Assembly (NCBI GenBank): GCA_965371515.1
Contig: CBDUYR010000061.1
Coordinates: 1 to 14,166 of the forward strand
Reading direction: 5' to 3'
Length of the DNA stretch: 14,166 nt
Source: an uncultured bacterium
GTDB taxonomy: Bacteria > Krumholzibacteriota > Krumholzibacteriia > Krumholzibacteriales > Krumholzibacteriaceae
In this document: positions 1 to 8,059 of the stretch, in pieces
How the letters are laid out: each line of letters begins with the position of its first letter
How positions within the stretch are numbered: the first letter of the stretch is position 1
Program-made: the position numbers and the translations under genes
The notes under the pieces: generated by a model
What the model was told of the DNA's origin: nothing
Seen by the model: only the letters and a program-made list of their open reading frames with translations
Databases searched by the model: none

Positions 1-2
1 AG

Positions 3-608
3 ATGGTCAGGACCCAGATCGTCTCGAGGGACATCTCCGACGAGGGAGTGCTTGCGGCGATGCGCAAGGTGCCGCGCGAGCTCCTCGTAAGGCCCGAGGA
101 CGGCCGGTGCGCCTTCTACGACGGACCCCTTTCGATCGGGTGCGGCCAGACGATCTCCCAACCCTATATCGTAGCCTACATGACCGAGCTTCTCGGTCTC
201 GGGAGCGGAGACCGCGTCCTGGAGATCGGCACCGGGAGCGGCTACCAGACGGCCATCCTCGCCGAACTGGCAGCCGCAGTCTACACGGTCGAGATCATCC
301 CCGAGCTCTCCGGGCGCGCGCAGAGAGCGCTCGCCGCGATGGGATACTCCGGCATCGAGTTCAGGACGGGGGACGGCTGCGACGGCTGGCCCGATGAGGC
401 GCCGTTCGATGCGATCGTCGTCACCGCCGCGCCCGAAAACGTACCGCCGGCCCTGAAAGAGCAGCTCGCGGAAGGCGGAAGGCTCGTCATCCCCGTTGGT
501 ACATCGGTGCAGTACATACACAGGATCGTCAGGCGCGGCGATGATTTCGAGGACGAGGGATTGATCGGGGTGAGGTTCGTGCCCCTGACGGGCGGAGCGA
601 CAGAATAG
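3..608 (+). CDS. pcm: Protein-L-isoaspartate(D-aspartate) O-methyltransferase, probably missing a few N-terminal residues at the window edge
   Basis: GQTISQP motif, SAM-binding VLEIGTGSGY, APFDAIVVTAA, QLAEGGRLVIPVG and C-terminal VRFVPL. The ORF begins at base 3, so the true start may lie upstream. Confidence 0.95.
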   Translation: MVRTQIVSRDISDEGVLAAMRKVPRELLVRPEDGRCAFYDGPLSIGCGQTISQPYIVAYMTELLGLGSGDRVLEIGTGSGYQTAILAELAAAVYTVEIIPELSGRAQRALAAMGYSGIEFRTGDGCDGWPDEAPFDAIVVTAAPENVPPALKEQLAEGGRLVIPVGTSVQYIHRIVRRGDDFEDEGLIGVRFVPLTGGATE

Positions 609-635
609 CGGGAATCCGCGCCAGAGAAAGCACAT

Positions 636-1574
636 ATGACAGGCGTATATTACCACGAACTCTTCGGCAGGCATCTCGAGGGATACGGGCATGTCGAGAG
701 CCCCGCGAGGTACAGGGCCGTCATGGAGAGGCTGAGGGACTGCCCCTTCACCGACATGCTCGAGTTTGTCGAGGCCGTGCCGGCCGGCAGGGACGCGATA
801 ACGGCAGTGCACGAGAGTGAATATGTCGACGGGATCCTCTCGCTCGAGATCGACCGGGCCGTCGTCCTCGACCAGGGCGATACAGTGGCTACGCCCGACA
901 CTCCGCGCGCGGCGCTGCACGCAGCCGGCGCCGCCGTCCAGGCCGCAGGCGATGTCCTCGACGGAAGGTTTGCCAACGCCTTCTGCCCAGTCAGGCCGCC
1001 GGGGCATCACGCAGAGAGCGACAGGGCGATGGGCTTCTGCCTCTTCAACAACATAGCGATCGCGGCGAGATGGCTGACGGGCGAGGGGGGCCTCGAGAGG
1101 GTCGCCGTCATCGACTGGGACATCCATCATGGTAACGGCACGGAGGGGACGTTCCTCGACGATCCGAGGGTTCTCTACGTCAGCCTCCACCAGTATCCGC
1201 ACTATCCCGGCACTGGCCACTACGACACGGTCGGCACCGGCGACGGCACCGGCTACACCCTCAACATCCCGCTCGGCGCAGGCGCTGACGACGGCCTCTA
1301 CCGGGGCGAGTTCGAGCAGAGGATCCTTCCCGCGCTCGATCGGTTCGAGCCGCGGATGATCCTCATATCGGCGGGATTCGACGCGCACATAGATGATCCG
1401 CTCTCAGGCGCGCGCCTCTCGACGGAGATGTTTGCCGAGATGACCGGGATGCTCGTAGGGGCGGCGGACAGGCACTGCGGCGGCAGGATACTCTCGTTTC
1501 TCGAGGGAGGATACGACCTCGACGCGCTGGCCGACTCGGTCGAGGCGCACGTCGGAGTGCTGGCCCGGGCGTAG
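636..1574 (+). CDS. Histone deacetylase family (Zn-dependent) amidohydrolase
   Basis: HVESPAR, RPPGHHA, GFCLFNN, DWDIHHGNGT, SLHQYP.YPGTG, SAGFDAH..DPL and LEGGY: catalytic His pair, Zn ligands and Tyr all present. Confidence 0.93.
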   Translation: MTGVYYHELFGRHLEGYGHVESPARYRAVMERLRDCPFTDMLEFVEAVPAGRDAITAVHESEYVDGILSLEIDRAVVLDQGDTVATPDTPRAALHAAGAAVQAAGDVLDGRFANAFCPVRPPGHHAESDRAMGFCLFNNIAIAARWLTGEGGLERVAVIDWDIHHGNGTEGTFLDDPRVLYVSLHQYPHYPGTGHYDTVGTGDGTGYTLNIPLGAGADDGLYRGEFEQRILPALDRFEPRMILISAGFDAHIDDPLSGARLSTEMFAEMTGMLVGAADRHCGGRILSFLEGGYDLDALADSVEAHVGVLARA

Positions 1575-1616
1575 AAACACTTTTCCACCGTAAGTATCAG
1601 ATCCTGAACTCAGGCT

Positions 1617-3173
1617 TTACAGGAAGAGCCTCGCGTCGTGGCGGCTCTCGTTGATCGGGGAGACCCTGATCGCCGGGATGTCGACCACGGGGCACTTGTT
1701 CTCGCAGATGCCGCACCCGATGCATACCTGTGGAACTACATACGGTTTCTTGAGGATGAACGGCCGCCCTCTTTTGTCGACCGATTCCTCATCCTCGAAC
1801 CTGATCGCCTTGCCCTTCGCGGGGCAGTGTTCCTCGCAAACTCCACAGTTGCGGTTGTACGTGTACGGGATGCACCGGCTTCTGTCGAAGGTCGCCAGCC
1901 CGATCCTCGTCTTCTGCTTTTCCTTCAGGGTTATCTCCTGGATCGCGCCGGTGGGGCAGACCTGCGAGCAGAGATTGCAGTGGTACTCGCAGTAGCCGAG
2001 CTTCGGGACGAGTATCGGGGTCCAGAGGCCTTCGAGACCGGCCTGGTGCAGTGTCGGCTGCAGCCCGTTCGTCAGGCAGACCTTCATGCACTCGCCGCAT
2101 TTGACGCACGTCTTTACGAAATCCTCCTCGGGGAGCGCGCCTGGAGGGCGGATCAGTTCGGGATGTGTGCGTTCCCTGTGCTCGCCGAGTGTGACTATGG
2201 GAACGGAGAGGAGGGCCGCGGCGCCTGTCGAGAGAAGCCAGCGCCGCTTGAGATCGACGTTTCCCTCGCCCGTCTTCTGCATCGTCGGATGGATCGAGAC
2301 GGCGGTGCAGGGGCAGACGTCCCTGCAGTTGTAACAGACCAGGCATTCCCTGCTGGCCCACTGGCCCGGCGGGAACGGGGTGGCGTCACCCTGGCAGGTC
2401 CTGTTGCATGTGCCGCACGAGACGCATTTTTCGCTGCTCACGTCGACCCTCGCCATCATCTGTCTGGTGCCGATGATCCCGAGCATTGCTCCGAGCGGGC
2501 AGAGGTACCTGCACCAGAAGCGCGGCGCGAGCAGGTTGAGCCCGAGGATCACGGAGAATATCAGCGCGATCGGTATCATCTGCCTGAACACGGGCTGCTC
2601 GAAGGCGAGGATGGTCCCGACCATAGCCGAATAGACCGCGTCTGCGGCGGGCGAGATGCCCGGCAGGTCGATGGCATAGGCTGTATCGAGGATCGAGCGC
2701 ACGACCCGGTTGACGCCGGGGTTGTAGCCGATCGCGAGCGACCTGATCGTCAGCGAGACAGGATCGAGGATGCCGGCCGAGTTCCATCCGAAAACTGCCG
2801 CAACCAGTATGAAGACGAGTATGAAATACTTCACCGGCCTGAGGCGCGGGAAGCGGCCGTCGTCCGGCGTCGGCCTGCCTCTTCTCATCCTGAACCAGCC
2901 GACGATCGTGTTCATCGTGCCGAGGGGGCAGACCCATCCGCAGAAGACCCTGCCGAAAAATATGGTCACTGTGATCGTTATCAGCGAGAAGAGGAAGACC
3001 GCCTTGACCGCGTGGGTGGCGAGCAGGACGCTCAGCGCGATCAGCGGATCGAAGTCGAGAAAAAACTTCACCGGGAAGCCGAGCTCATCGCTGCCCTTGT
3101 ACTCGGTCTGGACGAAGAGGTAAAAGAAGAGCACGAGAAAGAGTATCTGTGAGAATCTTCTCAGATTTTTCAT
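1617..3173 (-). CDS. Polytopic membrane polyferredoxin: NapH/MauN-like N-terminal part fused to a NapG/MauM-like four-cluster C-terminal domain
   Basis: Several hydrophobic helices; CGWVCP and CRYLCP (CxxxCP) motifs; two ferredoxin motifs (CVSCGTCNRTC, CLVCYNCRDVCP); then KRRWLL plus a hydrophobic helix; LIRPPGA followed by CVKCGECMKVC, CEYHCNLCSQVCP, C-x8-CGVCEEHCP and CIGCGICENKCP. Confidence 0.85.
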   Translation of the reverse strand: MKNLRRFSQILFLVLFFYLFVQTEYKGSDELGFPVKFFLDFDPLIALSVLLATHAVKAVFLFSLITITVTIFFGRVFCGWVCPLGTMNTIVGWFRMRRGRPTPDDGRFPRLRPVKYFILVFILVAAVFGWNSAGILDPVSLTIRSLAIGYNPGVNRVVRSILDTAYAIDLPGISPAADAVYSAMVGTILAFEQPVFRQMIPIALIFSVILGLNLLAPRFWCRYLCPLGAMLGIIGTRQMMARVDVSSEKCVSCGTCNRTCQGDATPFPPGQWASRECLVCYNCRDVCPCTAVSIHPTMQKTGEGNVDLKRRWLLSTGAAALLSVPIVTLGEHRERTHPELIRPPGALPEEDFVKTCVKCGECMKVCLTNGLQPTLHQAGLEGLWTPILVPKLGYCEYHCNLCSQVCPTGAIQEITLKEKQKTRIGLATFDRSRCIPYTYNRNCGVCEEHCPAKGKAIRFEDEESVDKRGRPFILKKPYVVPQVCIGCGICENKCPVVDIPAIRVSPINESRHDARLFL

Positions 3174-3178
3174 GGCAC

Positions 3179-4099
3179 CTATCCGAGGTTTACTTCCATG
3201 TATCCTTCACCGGAGAAATCGGATCTTCCGAGTCCCCGCTTCACAGCTTCCCCGATATGGGGGAACGCTGCAGGATCGTTGCTGAATAACGCGTCTCCGA
3301 AGAGCGAGATACCGAACGCGTCGATCCTCACCGGGTCGGCGCTTGCCGCGACCGTGTTCAGCTCGACAACGTCCTTCAGCGTGCTTCCCTGCGGCCCGTT
3401 CGCCTTGAGCAGCCTCACCGAGTCGAGGATGTTGAGCGCCGGCTTGAAGTAGGCGGCGAGGTCGACGACGCACTCGGGGAGGTTCTGGTGCAGGAGGTCG
3501 CGCCTCCCGCCGATCAGTCCCATGAGGTTCTTCATCGAGAGGGTGACGTCGGAGAGGCCGTGGTGTTTGGCTATCGGGATGTTGATGATCTTGTCCGCTT
3601 CCATCGCCTCGCGGTAGACTTCCCAGTCACTCAGCACGTTTCCGCCCAGGTTCGTCGTGACGAATCTGCGTTTCTCCATGAACGGGACCTTCGCACCTGC
3701 GCCTTCGGCCGCTTCCTTGATGCCGCTTCTCTTGTACGTCCGCCTCGCGTCGTTGCACGCGTTGTCGGCGACGATGATCTTCTTCGCGCCCGCCTCGGCG
3801 ACCATCCTTACGACCGTCTCGACGACGACCGGGTTGGTCGTTGCGGCCTGCTCGGGTTTCTTGTCCCAGGATATGTTCGGCTTGACGAACACTACGTCGC
3901 CCTCGTCGACGAACGATCCCATGCCGCCGACGAGCTCGATGGCCTTGCGGACGATGGCGGCGGTGTCGGTGCCCCTGGCCACTCCGAAGGTCGCGGAGGT
4001 GGCCTGCGGCGGAACAAGGGCACTGAGACGCCGGACGGGAAGCAGCGCTCCCGCCGCTCCGGCTGCGAGGATCCTGAGAAAATCTCTTCTGCTGGCCAT
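3179..4099 (-). CDS. DUF362-domain protein with a twin-arginine (Tat) signal peptide
   Basis: N-terminus MASRRDFLRILAAGAAGALL; DUF362-type motifs VFVKPNISWD, ATTNP, ADKIINIPIAKHH..TLSMKNLMG, GP and DPVRIDA. AAAGGA RBS upstream; stop lies 5 nt before the polyferredoxin start. Confidence 0.85.
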   Translation of the reverse strand: MASRRDFLRILAAGAAGALLPVRRLSALVPPQATSATFGVARGTDTAAIVRKAIELVGGMGSFVDEGDVVFVKPNISWDKKPEQAATTNPVVVETVVRMVAEAGAKKIIVADNACNDARRTYKRSGIKEAAEGAGAKVPFMEKRRFVTTNLGGNVLSDWEVYREAMEADKIINIPIAKHHGLSDVTLSMKNLMGLIGGRRDLLHQNLPECVVDLAAYFKPALNILDSVRLLKANGPQGSTLKDVVELNTVAASADPVRIDAFGISLFGDALFSNDPAAFPHIGEAVKRGLGRSDFSGEGYMEVNLG

Positions 4100-4134
4100 G
4101 ATTATCTTCCTTTCGACCGATTCATCGACCGGTA

Positions 4135-4165
4135 TGTGAAAATTGTATTAAATACTCGCATCACA
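4135..4165. promoter_or_regulatory. Bipartite inverted repeat, candidate transcription-factor operator
   Basis: TGTGA-AAATT-GTATT-A-AATAC-TCGCA-TCACA: two pairs of perfect 5-nt arms share one centre (4150). Confidence 0.45.
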
Positions 4166-4170
4166 GTAAA
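4142..4170 (-). promoter_or_regulatory. Putative sigma70-type promoter for the DUF362-polyferredoxin operon
   Basis: Minus strand: TTTACT (4170-4165), 17-nt spacer, TACAAT (4147-4142), about 40 nt upstream of the ATG at 4099. Confidence 0.55.
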
Positions 4171-4232
4171 GATTATTTGGAGGGACCGCCACATTCGGAG
4201 TATATTCGCTCTGACCGCTACAGGAGAGGAAA

Positions 4233-5441
4233 ATGGACGCAGACCCGAAGAGTGGAGGACTGATGGACCCCGGTGTTTTTGATCCGAAGGCATTCTACAG
4301 GAAGTTCGATTCGCTGCTCACGCGGATCGGCGAGGGCGCGTCGATGAAAGAGATGCTCTCCCTCGTCCTCGACGAACTCGTCGAGTCGGTGGGGGCGGAT
4401 CTGGGCATAAAGAGCGGATGCGTCTATCGTCTCTCGGGCGGAGCTTACGGCAAGACCGACCAGCTCAGCGGCGCCGCCGGGAAATGGCCCGCGTCGATCC
4501 GGAAAGACAACGAGTCGATCGAGCTCCTGTCCCGTCACAAGAGCTACATCTTTGTCGACACGGTAGACCCTCCCTGGGGCAGGAACAGTGTCGCCGTGAT
4601 GTTCGGCGAAGACGATGAATATCTCCTTGTCTTCATGCTCGAGAAGGGCTGGGTCCGCGAAACCCTCCAGTTCTCACTCAACACGATCCGCTCGACACTG
4701 AATTTCAGTTCGTCGACGAGCAGGTTCTCCGCCGACATCCAGGAAGCGTACGAGATCCAGAAGAGCCTTCTGCCCCGTATCGAGCCGGAGTTCGAGGGAT
4801 ACGACATAACCGGCAGGATGGAGGCGGCCGAGAGGGTCGGCGGCGACCTTTATGATTTCTCCGTCCTCGCCGAAGGCACGCTGAACTTCGCCGTCGGCGA
4901 CGCGAGCGGGCACGGACTTCCCGCGGCGCTACTCGCCAGGGACGTCGTCACCGGGCTGCGTATGGGGATGGAGAAGGAGATGAAGATCTCCGGCGTCATC
5001 CGCAAGCTCAATTCCGTGATCAACCGGAGTCGACTCTCCACCAGGTTCATCTCGCTATTCTACGGGGAGCTCGAGCTCGGCGGCACCCTCGTCTATGTCA
5101 ACGCCGGCCATCCGCCGCCGCTCCTCTTCAAGTCGGACCGCGTCGAGAAACTCGATGTCGGAGGAACGATCCTCGGCCCCCTCGTGGATACTGAGTTCAA
5201 CCGCGGATTCGCGTTCATGGATCCCGGCGACATGCTGGTCCTCTACACCGACGGTATTCTCGAGGCTACAGCCGTCGACGGAGAGATCTTCGGCGAGGAG
5301 CGGCTCGCAGCGTTTTTGAGGGAAAACATCTCAAAGCCGCCCTCCGAGATCATCGACGGCCTGTTCGAGGCGATCAGGGATTTCGACGGGAGCGTGAGGC
5401 TTCAGGACGATACGACCGTCGTTATCATCAGGCGGAATTAG
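4233..5441 (+). CDS. PP2C-family (SpoIIE/RsbU-like) Ser/Thr phosphatase with an N-terminal, possibly GAF-like, sensory domain
   Basis: AYEIQKSLLP, VGGDLYD, GDASGHGLPAAL, YVNAGHPPP, LYTDGILE and QDDTTVVII. AGGAG RBS at 4222-4226; alternative in-frame start at 4263. Confidence 0.92.
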   Translation: MDADPKSGGLMDPGVFDPKAFYRKFDSLLTRIGEGASMKEMLSLVLDELVESVGADLGIKSGCVYRLSGGAYGKTDQLSGAAGKWPASIRKDNESIELLSRHKSYIFVDTVDPPWGRNSVAVMFGEDDEYLLVFMLEKGWVRETLQFSLNTIRSTLNFSSSTSRFSADIQEAYEIQKSLLPRIEPEFEGYDITGRMEAAERVGGDLYDFSVLAEGTLNFAVGDASGHGLPAALLARDVVTGLRMGMEKEMKISGVIRKLNSVINRSRLSTRFISLFYGELELGGTLVYVNAGHPPPLLFKSDRVEKLDVGGTILGPLVDTEFNRGFAFMDPGDMLVLYTDGILEATAVDGEIFGEERLAAFLRENISKPPSEIIDGLFEAIRDFDGSVRLQDDTTVVIIRRN

Positions 5442-5484
5442 TATCCTCGCTGCCAGGCTCACCAGGCCTCGTAAAACCGCCCGC

Positions 5485-5513
5485 TTGACTGGCCACCCGA
5501 AAACATCTAAACT
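5485..5513 (+). promoter_or_regulatory. Putative sigma70-type promoter of the Lon-lipoprotein-Nudix operon
   Basis: TTGACT (5485-5490), 17-nt spacer, TAAACT (5508-5513); GGAGG RBS at 5562-5566 before the ATG at 5573. Confidence 0.7.
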
Positions 5514-5516
5514 GCT

Positions 5517-5535
5517 TCTCACATTTAATGTGAGA
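5517..5535. promoter_or_regulatory. Perfect palindrome, candidate repressor operator over the predicted transcription start
   Basis: TCTCACATT-T-AATGTGAGA (9-1-9), beginning 3 nt after the -10 element. Confidence 0.65.
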
Positions 5536-5572
5536 TCCCGCTGATAAAATTCGGACCGTCCGGAGGGAAACA

Positions 5573-8038
5573 ATGGCAGATGCACCCAGGCCGAAAGAAC
5601 TGCCGGCTGACAAGCTCAGATGGAAATGTCCCGGCAAGTACCTCGATTTCAAGACCACGAACGATCTGAAGCCGTGCACCGACATCATCGGTCAGGACCG
5701 CGCGCTGATGGCGATAAAGATGGGGCTCGAGCTCGAGCATCGTGGATACAACATATTTATCACCGGGCTGGTCGGCACGGGGCGCACGTCGACGATCAAG
5801 CATCTCCTCGAGAAGCTCGAGCGCAAGGCCCCGATCCCTTCCGACGTATGCTACATGTACAACTTCCGTCATCCGAGCAACCCGGTCTGCATCGAGCTCG
5901 AGGCGGGGCAGGGCAACCAGCTCGCCGACGACATGAACAACCTCATCCACGACCTGAAGAAGAACATCCTGACGCTGTTCAGGAGCGACTACTATCAGAA
6001 TCGCCGCAAGAGGCTGATAGAATCGATGCAGGCGAAGCAGAAGAAGGTCGCATCGACTTTCGAGGAGAAGATCGGCAAGGTAGGCTTCGCCATGGTCAGC
6101 CTCCAGGTCGGCCCGGTCATGAAACCCCAGCTCGTGCCGGTCGTCGACGGGAACGCTGTCGATTACGCGACACTCTCCCAGCTGGTGGAAGAGGGCAAGG
6201 TCTCAAAAGAAGATTTCGAGAAGATGAAGGAATCGGCCGAGTCCCTCTCCGAGGAGATGACCCAGATCTACGACAAGATGAAGGAGCTCGAGCGCAACCT
6301 CAAGAAGAAGCTCGAGAAGCTCGACATGGACGTCGTGCAGCCGACGATCCACGAGATGATCATCGAGATCGAAAAAAGGTATAAAAACGAAGTGCTGAGC
6401 AAGACGCTGAAGTACGTCGAGAAGGAGATCATGAAGCGTCTCGACCTTTTCAGGGCGAAGGACGAAGAGGAGCAGAAAGCCGTCATGTCAGCCTTCGTAC
6501 CCGAAGACGGCCATATGGAGGATCCTTTCCGGGAATTCAGGGTCAATGTCGTCGTCGACAACTCCGAGACGACGGCTCCGCCCGTCGTCATCGAGAATTT
6601 TCCCAATCTCGGAAATGTATTCGGCGTCATCGAGAGGGAGTTCACGCCGTCGGGATGGTCCAAGCCGGACCACATGAGCATACGCGGAGGCGCGTTTCAC
6701 AGGGCCAATGGCGGTTTTCTCGTCATGAACGCGCTCGACGTTTTCATCGAGCCGGGAGTCTGGCAGATTCTCAAGAGAACGCTGAAGAGCTGCGAGGCTG
6801 TCATCCAGAACTACGACGGGTGGAGCATGATGAGCTCATCGGCGCTGAAACCCGAACCGATGTGCGTGAAGGTCAAGATCGTGCTGATAGGCGATTCGCG
6901 CCTCTACTATCTGCTGCAGTCCTATGACGAGGATTTCAGGAAGATCTTCAAGATAAGGGCCGATTTCGACCGCGAGATCGACAACAGAGCGGCGGTGATC
7001 AAGCAGTACGCCGGGTTCATCAAGGGGATCTCAGACAGGGAAGACCTCAAGGCGTTCGATCCCGACGGAGTGGCGGCCGTCGTCGAGTACGGAGTCCGCG
7101 TCGCGGGCCGGCAGGCGAAACTCTCGACCAGGTTCAGCCTGATCTCCGACATAGTCCGCGAGGCTCACTATCATGCCGTAAAGGCGGGGAAAAGGGTCGC
7201 CACGCGCGAGCACGTCGACCTCGCGATCCAGCACAGAATTAAACGGGTCAACATGCTCGAGGAAAAGATCCAGGAGAGGATCGAAGACGGGACGCTGATG
7301 ATCGACACCGCCGGCTCGGTCGTCGGCCAGGTCAACGCCCTGTCGGTATACGATCTGGGTGACTACATGTTCGGCAAGCCGTCGAGGATAACTTCAGTCA
7401 CCTCTGTCGGCAACACGGGCGTCATCAATATCGAAAGGGAGGCGGACCTCAGCGGCAGCACGCACAACAAGGGCGTGCTGATCCTCTCGAGCTTCCTCAG
7501 GGGCAGGTACGGTCAGGAAAGCCCTCTCGTGATGAGCGCGAGCCTCTGCTTCGAGCAGTCGTACGGTGGCGTCGACGGCGACAGCGCAAGCTCCACCGAG
7601 CTTTACGCCATCCTGTCGAGCCTGGCGGGCCTGCCGCTCAGGCAGGATATCGCAGTCACCGGTTCGATCAACCAGAAGGGCGAGATCCAGCCGATCGGCG
7701 GAGCCAACGAGAAGATCGAGGGATTCTACGCCGTCTGCAAGGCGAGGGGACTCGCGGGTACGGAGGGAGTCATCATCCCCTGGCAGAACGTTTCCGATCT
7801 CATGCTCGACCAGGAAGTGGTCGACGCCGTCAAAAAGGGCAAGTTCCATATCTATTCCGTCAAACATGTCGATGAGGGTATCGCGATACTTACCGGTGTC
7901 AAGGCCGGGCGGAAGCTCAAGAGCGGTAAGTTCCAGAAGGGTACCGTCAACGAACTGGTCAGGCAGGCTCTCCACGACATGGCCAAAAACTGGAAGCGAT
8001 TCGGTTCTAAAAACGACAAGGGCAAGGGAGATCCCTGA
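5573..8038 (+). CDS. Lon-like protease of the LonC type (AAA-like domain with long coiled-coil insertion plus S16 protease domain)
   Basis: IIGQDRA, Walker A-like GLVGTGRT, charged helical insertion, GAFHRANGGFL, GQVNALSV, IEREADLSG.THNKG, FEQSYGGVDGDSAS (Ser671) and IGGANEK (Lys714), 43 residues apart as in the Lon Ser-Lys dyad. Confidence 0.92.
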   Translation: MADAPRPKELPADKLRWKCPGKYLDFKTTNDLKPCTDIIGQDRALMAIKMGLELEHRGYNIFITGLVGTGRTSTIKHLLEKLERKAPIPSDVCYMYNFRHPSNPVCIELEAGQGNQLADDMNNLIHDLKKNILTLFRSDYYQNRRKRLIESMQAKQKKVASTFEEKIGKVGFAMVSLQVGPVMKPQLVPVVDGNAVDYATLSQLVEEGKVSKEDFEKMKESAESLSEEMTQIYDKMKELERNLKKKLEKLDMDVVQPTIHEMIIEIEKRYKNEVLSKTLKYVEKEIMKRLDLFRAKDEEEQKAVMSAFVPEDGHMEDPFREFRVNVVVDNSETTAPPVVIENFPNLGNVFGVIEREFTPSGWSKPDHMSIRGGAFHRANGGFLVMNALDVFIEPGVWQILKRTLKSCEAVIQNYDGWSMMSSSALKPEPMCVKVKIVLIGDSRLYYLLQSYDEDFRKIFKIRADFDREIDNRAAVIKQYAGFIKGISDREDLKAFDPDGVAAVVEYGVRVAGRQAKLSTRFSLISDIVREAHYHAVKAGKRVATREHVDLAIQHRIKRVNMLEEKIQERIEDGTLMIDTAGSVVGQVNALSVYDLGDYMFGKPSRITSVTSVGNTGVINIEREADLSGSTHNKGVLILSSFLRGRYGQESPLVMSASLCFEQSYGGVDGDSASSTELYAILSSLAGLPLRQDIAVTGSINQKGEIQPIGGANEKIEGFYAVCKARGLAGTEGVIIPWQNVSDLMLDQEVVDAVKKGKFHIYSVKHVDEGIAILTGVKAGRKLKSGKFQKGTVNELVRQALHDMAKNWKRFGSKNDKGKGDP

Positions 8039-8059
8039 ACGGAAAACCGGGAGGGCCTG

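Noticed and set aside
1603..1614. CCTGA-AC-TCAGG inverted repeat between convergent genes, as a terminator
   Set aside because: Stem of only 4-5 bp with no proper U-tract on either strand.
1638..3152. 504-aa plus-strand ORF
   Set aside because: Antisense shadow of the polyferredoxin gene with no recognisable motifs; long antisense ORFs are expected with GC-rich codon usage.
4140..4149. AAATTGTATT shared with 13779-13788, each preceded by GACCGG
   Set aside because: The spacing to GACCGG differs, and both copies coincide with predicted -10 elements, which explains the AT-rich match.
3488..4282. 264-aa plus-strand ORF and other overlapping ORFs (e.g. 5620-6384, 8291-8980, 10669-11586, 11142-12134, 12016-12825, 12489-13391)
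   Set aside because: All overlap well-supported genes in other frames or strands and show Arg/Pro-rich or otherwise non-protein-like composition.
5552..5562. CGGAC-C-GTCCG palindrome next to the lon RBS, as an RNA thermometer
   Set aside because: Too short, with a 1-nt loop, and it does not sequester the GGAGG.
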